NCBI GenBank assembly: GCA_021827845.1
Contig: JAKAUB010000207.1
Span: 1-44,393 of the forward strand
Reading direction: 5' to 3'
Length of the DNA: 44,393 nt
From: Acidobacteriota bacterium
GTDB lineage: Bacteria; Acidobacteriota; Terriglobia; Terriglobales; Acidobacteriaceae
Part shown: positions 29,523 through 37,827 of the stretch, piece after piece
Position numbering within the stretch: position 1 is the first letter of the stretch
How the letters are laid out: every line of letters begins with the position of its first letter
The notes under the pieces: model-generated
What the model was told of the DNA's origin: nothing
The model's input: only the letters and a program-made list of their open reading frames with translations
Database searches by the model: none
Program-made: the position numbers and the translations under genes

Positions 29523-30713
29523 GTGCGCGTTTCGCAGGCAGTCTTCGGGGTGTATCACCACTTTGCGCTCGCACACCAGTTGCGGGGATATGACGCGCTG
29601 GGCACGGTGTACTCCACCTATCCGTGGCGGCGGCTGCGGCGGGAAGGCATTCCCCAAGCGCAGGTCGCAACCTTCCCCTGGGTGCATGGCCCGCTGATGG
29701 CGCTGGCCCGGTACGGACTGTATCCATCGCGCTGGACCAAGGGCCTGGACTACGCCAATGCACTCTTGTTCGATCAGTGGCTGACGCCGCGAATCAATCA
29801 GGAAGCGTGCGACGCGCTGATTGCCATCTCCGGCGCGGGTTTGCGCGCGGGTGCCAGCCTGCAGGAGCGTGGCGGGAAATATATCTGCGACCGCGGATCG
29901 TCGCACGCAAGATACCAGTGGCGGCTGGTGAGCGCCGAACATCGCCGGTGGCAGGTTCCGTTTGGCACCTACGACGAGCGCGATACTGTTCGCGAAGAGC
30001 AGCAATACGCGCAGGCGGACTGCATCGTGGTGCCGTCTACCTTCGCGGCGCGCAGCTTTATGGCTGAAGGCATTCCCGCAGAAAAACTCCGCACCATCCC
30101 TTACGGGGTGGAGTTGGACGCGTTTCACCCGCAGGGTGCGCCTGACCCGGAGCGGTTCGACGTCGCGTTTGCCGGGCAGGTGAACCTGCGGAAAGGCATT
30201 CCGTATCTGCTGGAAGCGTTCGCACGCGTGCGGCATCCGCGCAAGCGGCTGCGGCTGCTGGGCCCGGTGCTTTCATATATGAAGCCCGTACTGGCTCGGC
30301 TCCCGATGGAAAATGTCGAAGTGCTCGGTCCCGTTGGGCGCGCCGATATGATTCGCTATCTGAGCGCCAGCCACGTGCTGGTACTGCCGTCGATTGAAGA
30401 GGGCTTCGGGCTGGTGCAGGGAGAAGCGATGGCCTGCGGTTGCCCGGTGATCGCGTCCAGCAATACCGGCGCAGCGGACCTTTTCACGGATGGGGTGGAG
30501 GGTTTCATCGTCCCGCCCGGTGATGCCGATGCGCTCGCCGAGCGGCTGCAGGAGCTGGCGGACGATCCTGCGAAGCAGGAGAGCATTCGCCAGGCCGCGC
30601 TCGATCGCGTGCGCCATCTGGGCGGATGGAACGACTACGGCGACCGCTGGATAGCGGTCCTGCGGGGGCTGATCGGAGAAGATATAGCGGACGGAGAAGA
30701 GCCCGGAAAGTGA
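29523..30713 (+). CDS. glycosyltransferase family 4, copy 2 (tandem paralog of 28325..29503)
   Basis: It is colinear and gap-free with copy 1 and about three quarters or more identical by eye, diverging at the last ~10 aa. It has the same GTG start context and the motif LPSIEEGFGLVQGEAMACGCPVIASSNTGAADL. Confidence 0.85.
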   Translation: MRVSQAVFGVYHHFALAHQLRGYDALGTVYSTYPWRRLRREGIPQAQVATFPWVHGPLMALARYGLYPSRWTKGLDYANALLFDQWLTPRINQEACDALIAISGAGLRAGASLQERGGKYICDRGSSHARYQWRLVSAEHRRWQVPFGTYDERDTVREEQQYAQADCIVVPSTFAARSFMAEGIPAEKLRTIPYGVELDAFHPQGAPDPERFDVAFAGQVNLRKGIPYLLEAFARVRHPRKRLRLLGPVLSYMKPVLARLPMENVEVLGPVGRADMIRYLSASHVLVLPSIEEGFGLVQGEAMACGCPVIASSNTGAADLFTDGVEGFIVPPGDADALAERLQELADDPAKQESIRQAALDRVRHLGGWNDYGDRWIAVLRGLIGEDIADGEEPGK

Positions 30714-30764
30714 AAGGGCCTCCGGCGGGATGTGATAAATCCGCGCGGAGACCCCTTTCTGAAA

Positions 30765-31040
30765 CTAGGCGGCCTTGGGGGCCAGCGCCTTCAGCCGGGC
30801 GTTCAGGCGGCTCTTATAGCGGGAGGCGGTGTTGTTGTGCAGCACGCCCTTCTGCACGCTCTTATCGAGCAGCGAAACAGTGGCGTTGTACTGGGTGCGG
30901 GCGACGGCGGCATCACCGGCGGCCAGCGCCTCACGCATAGCGCGCAGGGTGCCGCGCAGCTTGCTGCGGTTGGCGCGATTGACGGCGGTGCGCTTGACGG
31001 TCTGCCGGGCGCGCTTCAACGACGAAACATGATTTGCCAT
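30765..31040 (-). CDS. rpsT: 30S ribosomal protein S20
   Basis: [38 protein letters not shown]... is the canonical S20 N-terminus. The ATG is at 31040; the ORF-track start at 31136 adds 32 non-homologous residues. Confidence 0.95.
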   Translation of the reverse strand: MANHVSSLKRARQTVKRTAVNRANRSKLRGTLRAMREALAAGDAAVARTQYNATVSLLDKSVQKGVLHNNTASRYKSRLNARLKALAPKAA

Positions 31041-31252
31041 AAAAGCCTGAAAACCACTTTCTCTGGGACTTGAAAATTTAGGGATTGAGACGGCGGCGAA
31101 AGGACACGCCCGGCTTCCGTGCCCGGATACAGGCACAAATTCCCTGCTTTAGTGTACGGAAACCGCCCGCATCGGGTCAATTACGGATTGCGAGCCTCGG
31201 GGGCTACCCCGCGACGCTGCCCGGCGCTAAAATGGCGGCGAAGGAGGAGCCG

Positions 31253-31558
31253 ATGAAGAGTGGCATAGATGTTCTAGGTCCTTTCACCGCTCTCTTTCTG
31301 GCCATTTCGGTCGGATTTTCCGCGGCGTACGTTATGCGCTCTTCGAGCCATTGGATGTTCTGGTTCTCCTGTATTGCCGCCTACGTTCTGGCAATGGCTT
31401 TTATTTTTAGCGTCCTGCGGCGCCGATACCATCGCGTCTGTGAAAGTCGCGATCAAACCCGCATTCGACAATTCAATCGCCAAGTCCGCGCATTTTCATT
31501 GGCCTCTGCCGTCTGCGGCATTGGCAACGCTGCGCTCGTCCTTATGAAGTCTAGATAA
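31253..31558 (+). CDS. small hypothetical membrane protein (about 101 aa, 2-3 TM)
   Basis: A strong AAGGAGG at 31241-31247 lies 5 nt before the ATG at 31253. Hydrophobic segments include LGPFTALFLAISVGFSAAYV, WMFWFSCIAAYVLAMAFIFSVL and FSLASAVCGIGNAALVL. I recognise no family. Confidence 0.45.
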   Translation: MKSGIDVLGPFTALFLAISVGFSAAYVMRSSSHWMFWFSCIAAYVLAMAFIFSVLRRRYHRVCESRDQTRIRQFNRQVRAFSLASAVCGIGNAALVLMKSR

Positions 31559-31588
31559 ACGCGCCAGGCCGGTCCTATTACAAGCAAG

Positions 31589-32659
31589 TCATCGATCCGT
31601 GGGCTGTGATCCAGGCGCCATAAAATCTTGGATAACTGCTTCAGCTGCCGCAACCGTCTCTGGCGCATCGCCAAAATCGTGCAGCCAGGTCACCTCCGGT
31701 TCGCGGCGAAACCAAGTCATCTGTCGCTTGGCGTAGTTGCGATGCCCTTGCTGCGTCGCGGCGATGGCGGCTGCCAGCGGCATCTCGCCACGCTGCACCA
31801 TCGCGGCCTGCTTGTAGCCCAGCGCCCCAAGCGCCGCGCACTCCGGCCCGTATTGGGTCAGCAGGGTGGCCGTCTCTTCCATCAGGCCGCTCGTAAACAT
31901 GGCGGCAGCCCGCTGATTGATGCGCGCGTACAGTGCCTGGCGCGGGGGATCCAGGCCGATCCGCAGAATGCGAAAGCCGTGCAACGGTTCGCGCCCGGCC
32001 TGCCATGCCGCCGACATGGGCTGCCGCGCGGCGACCGTCACCTCAATCGCACGAATCAGCTTGGGCGTGTCGTTCGCGTGGATGCGCGCGGCGGACGCCG
32101 GATCGATGCGATGCAGCAGCCGCCACAGATACTCTGCCGGCCGCGACGCGGCGCTGTGGCGCAGCCGCTCGCGCAGATCTTCGGAGCGCTTCGGGCCCTC
32201 GAACAGGCCTGAAAGAAGCGCCCGCAGGTAGAGGCCGGTGCCTCCGACGACAATCGGCAGGCGTCCCCGCGCGGTGACCTCGGCCAGCGCCTGCCGGGCG
32301 TCGCGGCTATAGTCCCCGGCACTATAGGGTTCGTCCGGGCTGGCGATGTCCAGCAAATGGTGGGGAATCCGTGCCCGCTCGGCGGGCGTGGGTTTGGCAG
32401 CGCCTACGTCCATGCCGCGATACACGGCGACGGAATCGCAGCTCAGAATCTCTCCGTGAAACCGCTCAGCCAGAGTCAGCGAAAGCGCAGTCTTGCCGCT
32501 GGCGGTGGCTCCCAGTAGGACGACGAGCAACGGTGGATTGGGTGCCGCAGATTCAGGGGGAGCGGCCGGAGCTACCACATCCTCCACCAGCGTGGGAGGA
32601 AGATGGCGTGACGGCCGGCGCGAACGGCAGAAAAGGCGTAAATGGCGATTGCCACCCAC
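31589..32659 (-). CDS. miaA: tRNA dimethylallyltransferase
   Basis: The P-loop LLGATASGKTALSL is present with CDSVAVYRGMDVGAAKPT, HHLLD, and the C-terminal YAKRQMTWFR motif. About 45 aa precede the P-loop, so the true start may be downstream of 32659. Confidence 0.9.
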   Translation of the reverse strand: MGGNRHLRLFCRSRRPSRHLPPTLVEDVVAPAAPPESAAPNPPLLVVLLGATASGKTALSLTLAERFHGEILSCDSVAVYRGMDVGAAKPTPAERARIPHHLLDIASPDEPYSAGDYSRDARQALAEVTARGRLPIVVGGTGLYLRALLSGLFEGPKRSEDLRERLRHSAASRPAEYLWRLLHRIDPASAARIHANDTPKLIRAIEVTVAARQPMSAAWQAGREPLHGFRILRIGLDPPRQALYARINQRAAAMFTSGLMEETATLLTQYGPECAALGALGYKQAAMVQRGEMPLAAAIAATQQGHRNYAKRQMTWFRREPEVTWLHDFGDAPETVAAAEAVIQDFMAPGSQPTDR

Positions 32660-32723
32660 AACAGCCCTGCGATCTGGCGGCGGCGTGCGCGCCGCACCAT
32701 CCGCCCGTTATTTTCCGGCACGA

Positions 32724-33956
32724 TCATTGGGGTTCGTACTGCCCGGTCTGCTCGTTATAGAGGAAGTAGAAGCGCAGCGCCAGATACGGCCCCTTGAACT
32801 GCTTGGGCAGCGGCTGGAACGGACCGGCGCCGGTAATGCCGCCCCACGCCGCGCGGTCCAGCGATACATCCCCGGAGGGTAGAACGAGCTGCATCTGCTT
32901 GATGCTGCCATCGGGCATGATCAGGAACTGGATCGCCACGCGCCCCTTTTTTAACAGCGGCGGGCGGGCGGCCTCGGGAATCAGCAGATCCCAGCTGGCC
33001 TGGGTGGCTTGAATGACTTGGCGCAGGTAAGGGCCAAAATCCACGCCGCGCGTGTCGCTCAGCACTTCTACGCCAGACTGCATGCCCGCATGCGAAATGG
33101 GAGCGCCCAGGCCGTTATCTCCGTTCTGGCCGTTGCTGCGGGCGGTGCGTTCGGCGCGGCGGATGAGCTGGCCCACGGAGAGATTGGGCTCCGACTGGGC
33201 AATCTGGGGTTGGGCTTTGGAAGCGCGCTGCGGGCGTTGCTCACGCGAGGTGGCGGAGGCCGTTGCGCTGGGCGCCGACGGTAACGCCTGCTCCGGCCGG
33301 TGCTGCTCCGGCGGCGTCGGTTGGGTAGCGTGTGCCTGCTGGGGCTGCGCCGGATGAGGCTGCTGCTGCGGCTGTTGCTGCTGCGGGCGAACCGGCGGTT
33401 GCGGCCGCGTGGGCTGTTGCTGCCGTGCCTGTTGCCGCGGCGTGGGCGGCGGTGACGGCCGGCCGGCCCGGCGCTGCGCCAGTAACTGGTCCAGCGTCAG
33501 CTGTTTGTTCGACGGATTTTTTGTCTGCGCCGTGTGGTTCTGGTCGGAGATGATGTTGGTCCGCGGCGGCGGCTTTTTGATCAAGTCCGGCGGCATGTTC
33601 AGATAGACCGTCTCAGGCTTTTTCTGCTGCGGGATGGCCTCCATCGGGTTTACGACGGTGGCGCGCTGCAGAAACTTCAGTTTGGGGCCATAGAAGATCC
33701 ACCAGAAGACGATCAGGTGCAGGATGAGCGAAATCCACATCGCCTCCCGCACGCGGGCGGACATGCGCGACCCTTCCAGCTCATCGATGACCTCCAGCAG
33801 TTCATGCGGGGCGCGGGCATCGTAGCGGCCAGGCAGACGGTCCAGTTGTGGCTCTGTCTGGTTTTCAGTCGAGCTTGGGGGCATTTGCGTTACAGCCATC
33901 GGTGAATCGTGAACACCGGGCCTGCGGCGCGTGCCGGAGATGCGCAGGCGTGTCAA
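32724..33956 (-). CDS. TonB-family energy transducer (TM anchor, long Pro/Gln-rich spacer, TonB_C domain)
   Basis: The TM helix is MWISLILHLIVFWWIFYGP. The spacer is PPPTPRQQARQQQPTRPQPPVRPQQQQPQQQPHPAQPQQ.... The C-terminal region GRVAIQFLIMPDGSIKQMQLVLPSGDVSLDRAAWGGITGAGPFQPLP is TonB_C-like. An alternative start is the ATG at 33899. Confidence 0.75.
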   Translation of the reverse strand: MTRLRISGTRRRPGVHDSPMAVTQMPPSSTENQTEPQLDRLPGRYDARAPHELLEVIDELEGSRMSARVREAMWISLILHLIVFWWIFYGPKLKFLQRATVVNPMEAIPQQKKPETVYLNMPPDLIKKPPPRTNIISDQNHTAQTKNPSNKQLTLDQLLAQRRAGRPSPPPTPRQQARQQQPTRPQPPVRPQQQQPQQQPHPAQPQQAHATQPTPPEQHRPEQALPSAPSATASATSREQRPQRASKAQPQIAQSEPNLSVGQLIRRAERTARSNGQNGDNGLGAPISHAGMQSGVEVLSDTRGVDFGPYLRQVIQATQASWDLLIPEAARPPLLKKGRVAIQFLIMPDGSIKQMQLVLPSGDVSLDRAAWGGITGAGPFQPLPKQFKGPYLALRFYFLYNEQTGQYEPQ

Positions 33957-34040
33957 CTTCAGATACGTTCCTTCATTGTCTCATTGATCCGTCATTCCGG
34001 GGTGCCAGGATTCCGCCGAGCGAAATGTAGAATCTGGCCA

Positions 34041-34538
34041 GTGGACGCCGCCATTATCACCGTCAGTGACTCCTGCCATGCGGGCAGCCGCAAAGATGTG
34101 TCCGGGCCATTGGCCGCCCGGACGCTCGAGGAGGCCGGATTTACGGTCCGTATCTCCGTAACGGTACCGGACGACATCCCAGCCATTGCGGCCGCCATCC
34201 GGGACGCAGCAGCCGAAGTACCGCTGGTGATCACCACCGGTGGCACGGGGATCGCCGCACGCGATGTTACGCCGGAGGCCACGCGGATGGTCTGTGAGCG
34301 GATACTCGATGGGTTCGGCGAACTGATGCGGGCCGAGGGGCGCAAGTCCACCGAATTTGCCGCGCTGAGCAGGGCCGGGGCGGGAACGCTGGGAACTGCG
34401 CTGGTTGTGAACGTTCCTGGCAGCCCCAAAGGGGCGGTAGAGTCCCTGCGTGTGGTGCTGCCTCTGGTGCCGCACGCGCTGGCGCTGCTGGCCGGGGACA
34501 CCGCGCACGGCGACTCCTACCCTGAGGTGTCCGTGTAG
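34041..34538 (+). CDS. mog: molybdopterin adenylyltransferase / MoaB-MogA family molybdenum cofactor biosynthesis protein
   Basis: Matching segments are AAIITVSDSCHAG..., the TTGGTGIAARDVTPEAT motif and NVPGSPKGAVESL. I chose the GTG at 34041 (165 aa), because the ORF-track start at 33909 would overlap the divergent TonB-like gene. Confidence 0.8.
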   Translation: MDAAIITVSDSCHAGSRKDVSGPLAARTLEEAGFTVRISVTVPDDIPAIAAAIRDAAAEVPLVITTGGTGIAARDVTPEATRMVCERILDGFGELMRAEGRKSTEFAALSRAGAGTLGTALVVNVPGSPKGAVESLRVVLPLVPHALALLAGDTAHGDSYPEVSV

Positions 34539-34588
34539 GATGAAAAGACCGACCCGCACCGGGCAGTCCATCCTTCTGGCCTCCGTTC

Positions 34589-35224
34589 ATGCATATTGAC
34601 CACCAGCTCTTCCATCGCTGGGAACTCGCACTGCTCGCCTTCCTGAAGCCGCTCGGGCTGTGGGGCATTGGCGTTCTGGCGGCCATCGACTCCAGTTCCA
34701 TTGCCATTCCCATGGATCTGATCATCGGCGGCTATGTCTACAGCGACCGTTCGCACTTTCTCTGGTATCCCATCCTGGGCGGCATTGGATCAGCTCTGGG
34801 AGCGCTGGTGCCGTTCTTTATTGGCCGCGCGGGCGGGGAACTGGTGCTGCTAAGCCGCATGAACCGGGAAAAATTTGAGAAGATGCAGCAGCGCTTCGAA
34901 CGCCGCCGGTGGACAGCGGTAGGCATACCCGCAGCCATGCCGCCCCCGTTTCCCTTCAAGGTGTTCGCGTTCGGCGCGGGCGTCTTTGACACTCCGGTCG
35001 CTCCGTTTCTGCTGGCCGTTGCCATTGGCCGCACGCTGCATTACACGGTGACGGCGCTGCTGGTGTACTCCTTTGGCCCGCATATCCTGAATGTTCTCGT
35101 GCGCTACGCGCAACACCATAAGCCGCTCGTAATCGTTCTCGGTGTGGTGCTTTGCCTCGCGTTTCTGGGCTATGTGTTCCACCGGCTGCGCCGTCGCCGG
35201 CGTGCCGCGGCAGCCGTCAGCTAG
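34589..35224 (+). CDS. YqaA/DedA-related (VTT/SNARE-associated domain) membrane protein
   Basis: 211-aa polytopic protein. The segments LGLWGIGVLAAIDSSSIAIPMDLI...FFIGRAGGE...AMPPPFPFKVFAFGAGV follow the YqaA-family pattern. Confidence 0.6.
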   Translation: MHIDHQLFHRWELALLAFLKPLGLWGIGVLAAIDSSSIAIPMDLIIGGYVYSDRSHFLWYPILGGIGSALGALVPFFIGRAGGELVLLSRMNREKFEKMQQRFERRRWTAVGIPAAMPPPFPFKVFAFGAGVFDTPVAPFLLAVAIGRTLHYTVTALLVYSFGPHILNVLVRYAQHHKPLVIVLGVVLCLAFLGYVFHRLRRRRRAAAAVS

Positions 35225-37809
35225 CGGGCCGGCTGGGGCGTCACTCGCAAGGCATTCAAAGGGCCGGTAATGGCCCGCGCCGACCCCACGCGCAGATTGG
35301 CCCGGGACGCGAAGGAGATGCTGCCTGTAACCGGCATGCCGCCCGCAGCGGCTGACCCACGGGATCGCGCAGTGACCACGCGGCTGTGTGTGAAGGTCAG
35401 TTGCCGGTTCGCGATGACGCCGGTCGCGCGCCATGCCTGAAAGGCCGCCAGAGGATTTGCTCCGCCGGGATCGCTCACGGCCAGCGCTCCGTTCTGCCAG
35501 TCCCACTGAAACTGGCCTTTGGCGTTGGCCGCAAGATCAGCCGCCGTACGACCCTGCGTATCGAGCGCCAGATGAATATCTGCGATGCCGGAGCCCCAGG
35601 ACCCCTGCCAGAACGCGGCGATCGAGCGGACGCGAGCGCCTTGCCAATCCAGACGAAGTTGATACTGCGGTGCGCCGTGCGCCCAGTTGATGGCCAGCGG
35701 CGGCTGGGCTGCGCTTCCGGCTGTGAGCTCACCGCCAGCCGCTTCTGCCGATAGACCGGTCGCTACCACCGCCTGCGGCTTGAGTGTCAGGCTGGCGCGA
35801 GCATTGCGTAGTTGCAGCGGACCGAGCGTGAGCGCGGCAATTGCGAGCTGACCCGACATCGCGGGAAGCGGGCTGCGGACGGCATCGCGCGAGCCGATGA
35901 ACTGCAGCAGTGGATCGCTGGCAGATGGAGGCGCGAAGGCCGCGGCCAGATGGACCGCGTCGGCGTGCGCGACATGGAGATCAAAATACCGGCGGCAACC
36001 TGCATCGACTGGGCAGGCTCGTTGCCACTCGAGGGTCCCGGTAAACGGAATGCGGTCGTAGGCGCCGGTGACGTTGTTCCAAAACAGCGCACCATTGCCA
36101 AGGACGAGATGGGCGGTGGTCAGTTGGACGGCACGAGGCAGTGCCGGGAGGTGGAAAACTGCGTTCGCAAGCGTGGCCTGACCGCTCCACTGTGTCAGCG
36201 GAGGCGGGATTGCGGCCAGGTCCGCGGAGCCGCTGGCTCCATCCGGAGCGGGCACCCAGCGCGATACCGCCTGAAAGTGCACCTGCGCGGTGCCTTCGAC
36301 ATGGCCGGTGAAGGCAGAAAGCGCCGGGATGCGGACGGCCTGTGCAATCGCGGCGATCTGCCGCAGTTCGACTGGGCCATCCAGCAGAAAGGCACCTCCA
36401 GAGTGCGAGAGCGCGCCGCTCAGTGTGACGGGCGTGGCGCCACCGAGCGGAAGTTTCAGCGGCGATAGCTTCCATCCATCGGCCGAACCGGGAGTGGCCG
36501 TCAGTGCAACGGAGCGAAACTGGATGGGCTGGCGCATACCGTTGGCGCGGATCGTGATCGCATCGCTCTGCATGCTGCCGACGCAGTCCTCGGGAAGCTG
36601 CATATTCTGCCAGAGGCAGTCGGCCGAGCCATGGATAGCTCCGGAGATGCTCAAGGGCGCAACGCCCGGATGAATCTGGCGGAAGGCCGCCAGCACCCAC
36701 GACGCGGGTACGTGATCCAGGCGCAACTGGATGGACGGCGCCAGGGACAAACGGCTGCGCGATTGCGCGGTAACGATGAGATGCCCGTCATCGGCCGGCA
36801 CGCTGCAGGTGACCGCATCCGCCACATGCCCGTCGCGGGAATAACGCCCTTTGCAGACTGCCGAAAGATCCACGTCTGCAGGAGGCACGAACTCCGCCCG
36901 CTGAAAGCCGCGAAGGACAGCGAGCGATTGAAACTCAAGATCGGAGAATGAACCGGCCGCTTTGCCTTCGACCGTCAGGAGTCCGCGCCATCCGTTTTCC
37001 TGGCCATGCGCCAGCCGGCCAAGCTCTTCAAGCGGGGCCTTGCGCCATTCGAAGTTGATCTGCAGCGGCGAGTCGAGCAGCGGCCCATTGGCCACCAGGC
37101 TAGCCCGCAGGCGAATCTCACCGGCGTCCGCCATTACTGTATCTGTCCGTACAGGCCGGGCGCGCAGGCGGGCGCGCCACTCGTGCGAAGACTGCTGCCA
37201 GAGTGCGAGATTTGCCTCTTCAAAGGAAAACGGCAGCTTTTCTTCCCCGAGCTTGAGGTTGATGCGGGTCCGCGTCGCCTCAATGTAAGGAAACGGCATC
37301 GGAGGTTCGGACGGGGCCGTGGCCGTACGCAGATTTTGCTGCTGAACCGCGGGCGAGTTGCGCAGCAGCGTCTCAAAGTTCCAGTGGCCCGCCGGATTGC
37401 GAACCAGGTTGACGCTGGCGTTTTTCAGGCTCAGGGTTGCAATCTCAACCCGGCGGTGCCATAGGGTGCTGGCGCGCGGCAATACGGTGACGGATTCGGC
37501 TGTCAGGACCGGCTCGGCGCCAAAGGCGGCGTCTTCGGAGACGGTGAAGTCATGCAGCACGAACGTGGGCAGCGGCAGCAGGCGCAGCTCGACGGACGTG
37601 GCATGAACCGGACGGCCCAGCCCCGCGCTGATGGAGCGAAGGATTGTGCGGCGAAAGCGGTCGACGCGAATGAACGGTGGCACAACCAGCGCCAACAGCA
37701 GCAAGATTGCAAGCGTTGCGTAGATTTGCCCGTGCGTAGGCCGATGCGGCATCGCCGCTGGGTCCGATGCGGAATCCGCAGAAGCATTTTTCAGCGAGGC
37801 AGAGCTCAT
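35221..37809 (-). CDS. AsmA-family outer-membrane biogenesis / lipid-transport-like protein
   Basis: 862-aa ORF. An N-terminal TM anchor (IYATLAILLLLALVVPPFI) is followed by the AsmA-type N-domain (VELRLLPLPTFVLHDFTVSEDAAFGAEPVLTAESVTV...VNLVRNPAGHWNFETLL). The remainder is long and beta-rich. Confidence 0.7.
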   Translation of the reverse strand: MSSASLKNASADSASDPAAMPHRPTHGQIYATLAILLLLALVVPPFIRVDRFRRTILRSISAGLGRPVHATSVELRLLPLPTFVLHDFTVSEDAAFGAEPVLTAESVTVLPRASTLWHRRVEIATLSLKNASVNLVRNPAGHWNFETLLRNSPAVQQQNLRTATAPSEPPMPFPYIEATRTRINLKLGEEKLPFSFEEANLALWQQSSHEWRARLRARPVRTDTVMADAGEIRLRASLVANGPLLDSPLQINFEWRKAPLEELGRLAHGQENGWRGLLTVEGKAAGSFSDLEFQSLAVLRGFQRAEFVPPADVDLSAVCKGRYSRDGHVADAVTCSVPADDGHLIVTAQSRSRLSLAPSIQLRLDHVPASWVLAAFRQIHPGVAPLSISGAIHGSADCLWQNMQLPEDCVGSMQSDAITIRANGMRQPIQFRSVALTATPGSADGWKLSPLKLPLGGATPVTLSGALSHSGGAFLLDGPVELRQIAAIAQAVRIPALSAFTGHVEGTAQVHFQAVSRWVPAPDGASGSADLAAIPPPLTQWSGQATLANAVFHLPALPRAVQLTTAHLVLGNGALFWNNVTGAYDRIPFTGTLEWQRACPVDAGCRRYFDLHVAHADAVHLAAAFAPPSASDPLLQFIGSRDAVRSPLPAMSGQLAIAALTLGPLQLRNARASLTLKPQAVVATGLSAEAAGGELTAGSAAQPPLAINWAHGAPQYQLRLDWQGARVRSIAAFWQGSWGSGIADIHLALDTQGRTAADLAANAKGQFQWDWQNGALAVSDPGGANPLAAFQAWRATGVIANRQLTFTHSRVVTARSRGSAAAGGMPVTGSISFASRANLRVGSARAITGPLNALRVTPQPAR

Positions 37810-37827
37810 AGCGAGAGGCTGCTCAAG

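Larger units (their letters stand above)
28303..30713 (+). repeat. tandem duplication, unit 1198 bp (stop codon + 19-nt spacer with RBS + GT4 gene)
   Basis: TAGACTGGaGCGGGAGCAGCGCGTGCGCaTTTCGCAGGCAGTCTTCGG at 28303 is repeated as TAGACTGGgGCGGGAGCAGCGCGTGCGCgTTTCGCAGGCAGTCTTCGG at 29501. Nucleotide similarity continues through both genes. Confidence 0.85.

Noticed and set aside
27843-30236. Long minus-strand ORFs (27843-28841, 28838-29395, 29307-30236) across the VWFA-like and GT4 genes.
   Set aside because: They are Arg/Pro/Ala-rich translations and are duplicated only because the sense GT4 genes are duplicated. The sense strand carries clear GT4 motifs and RBS-start contexts.
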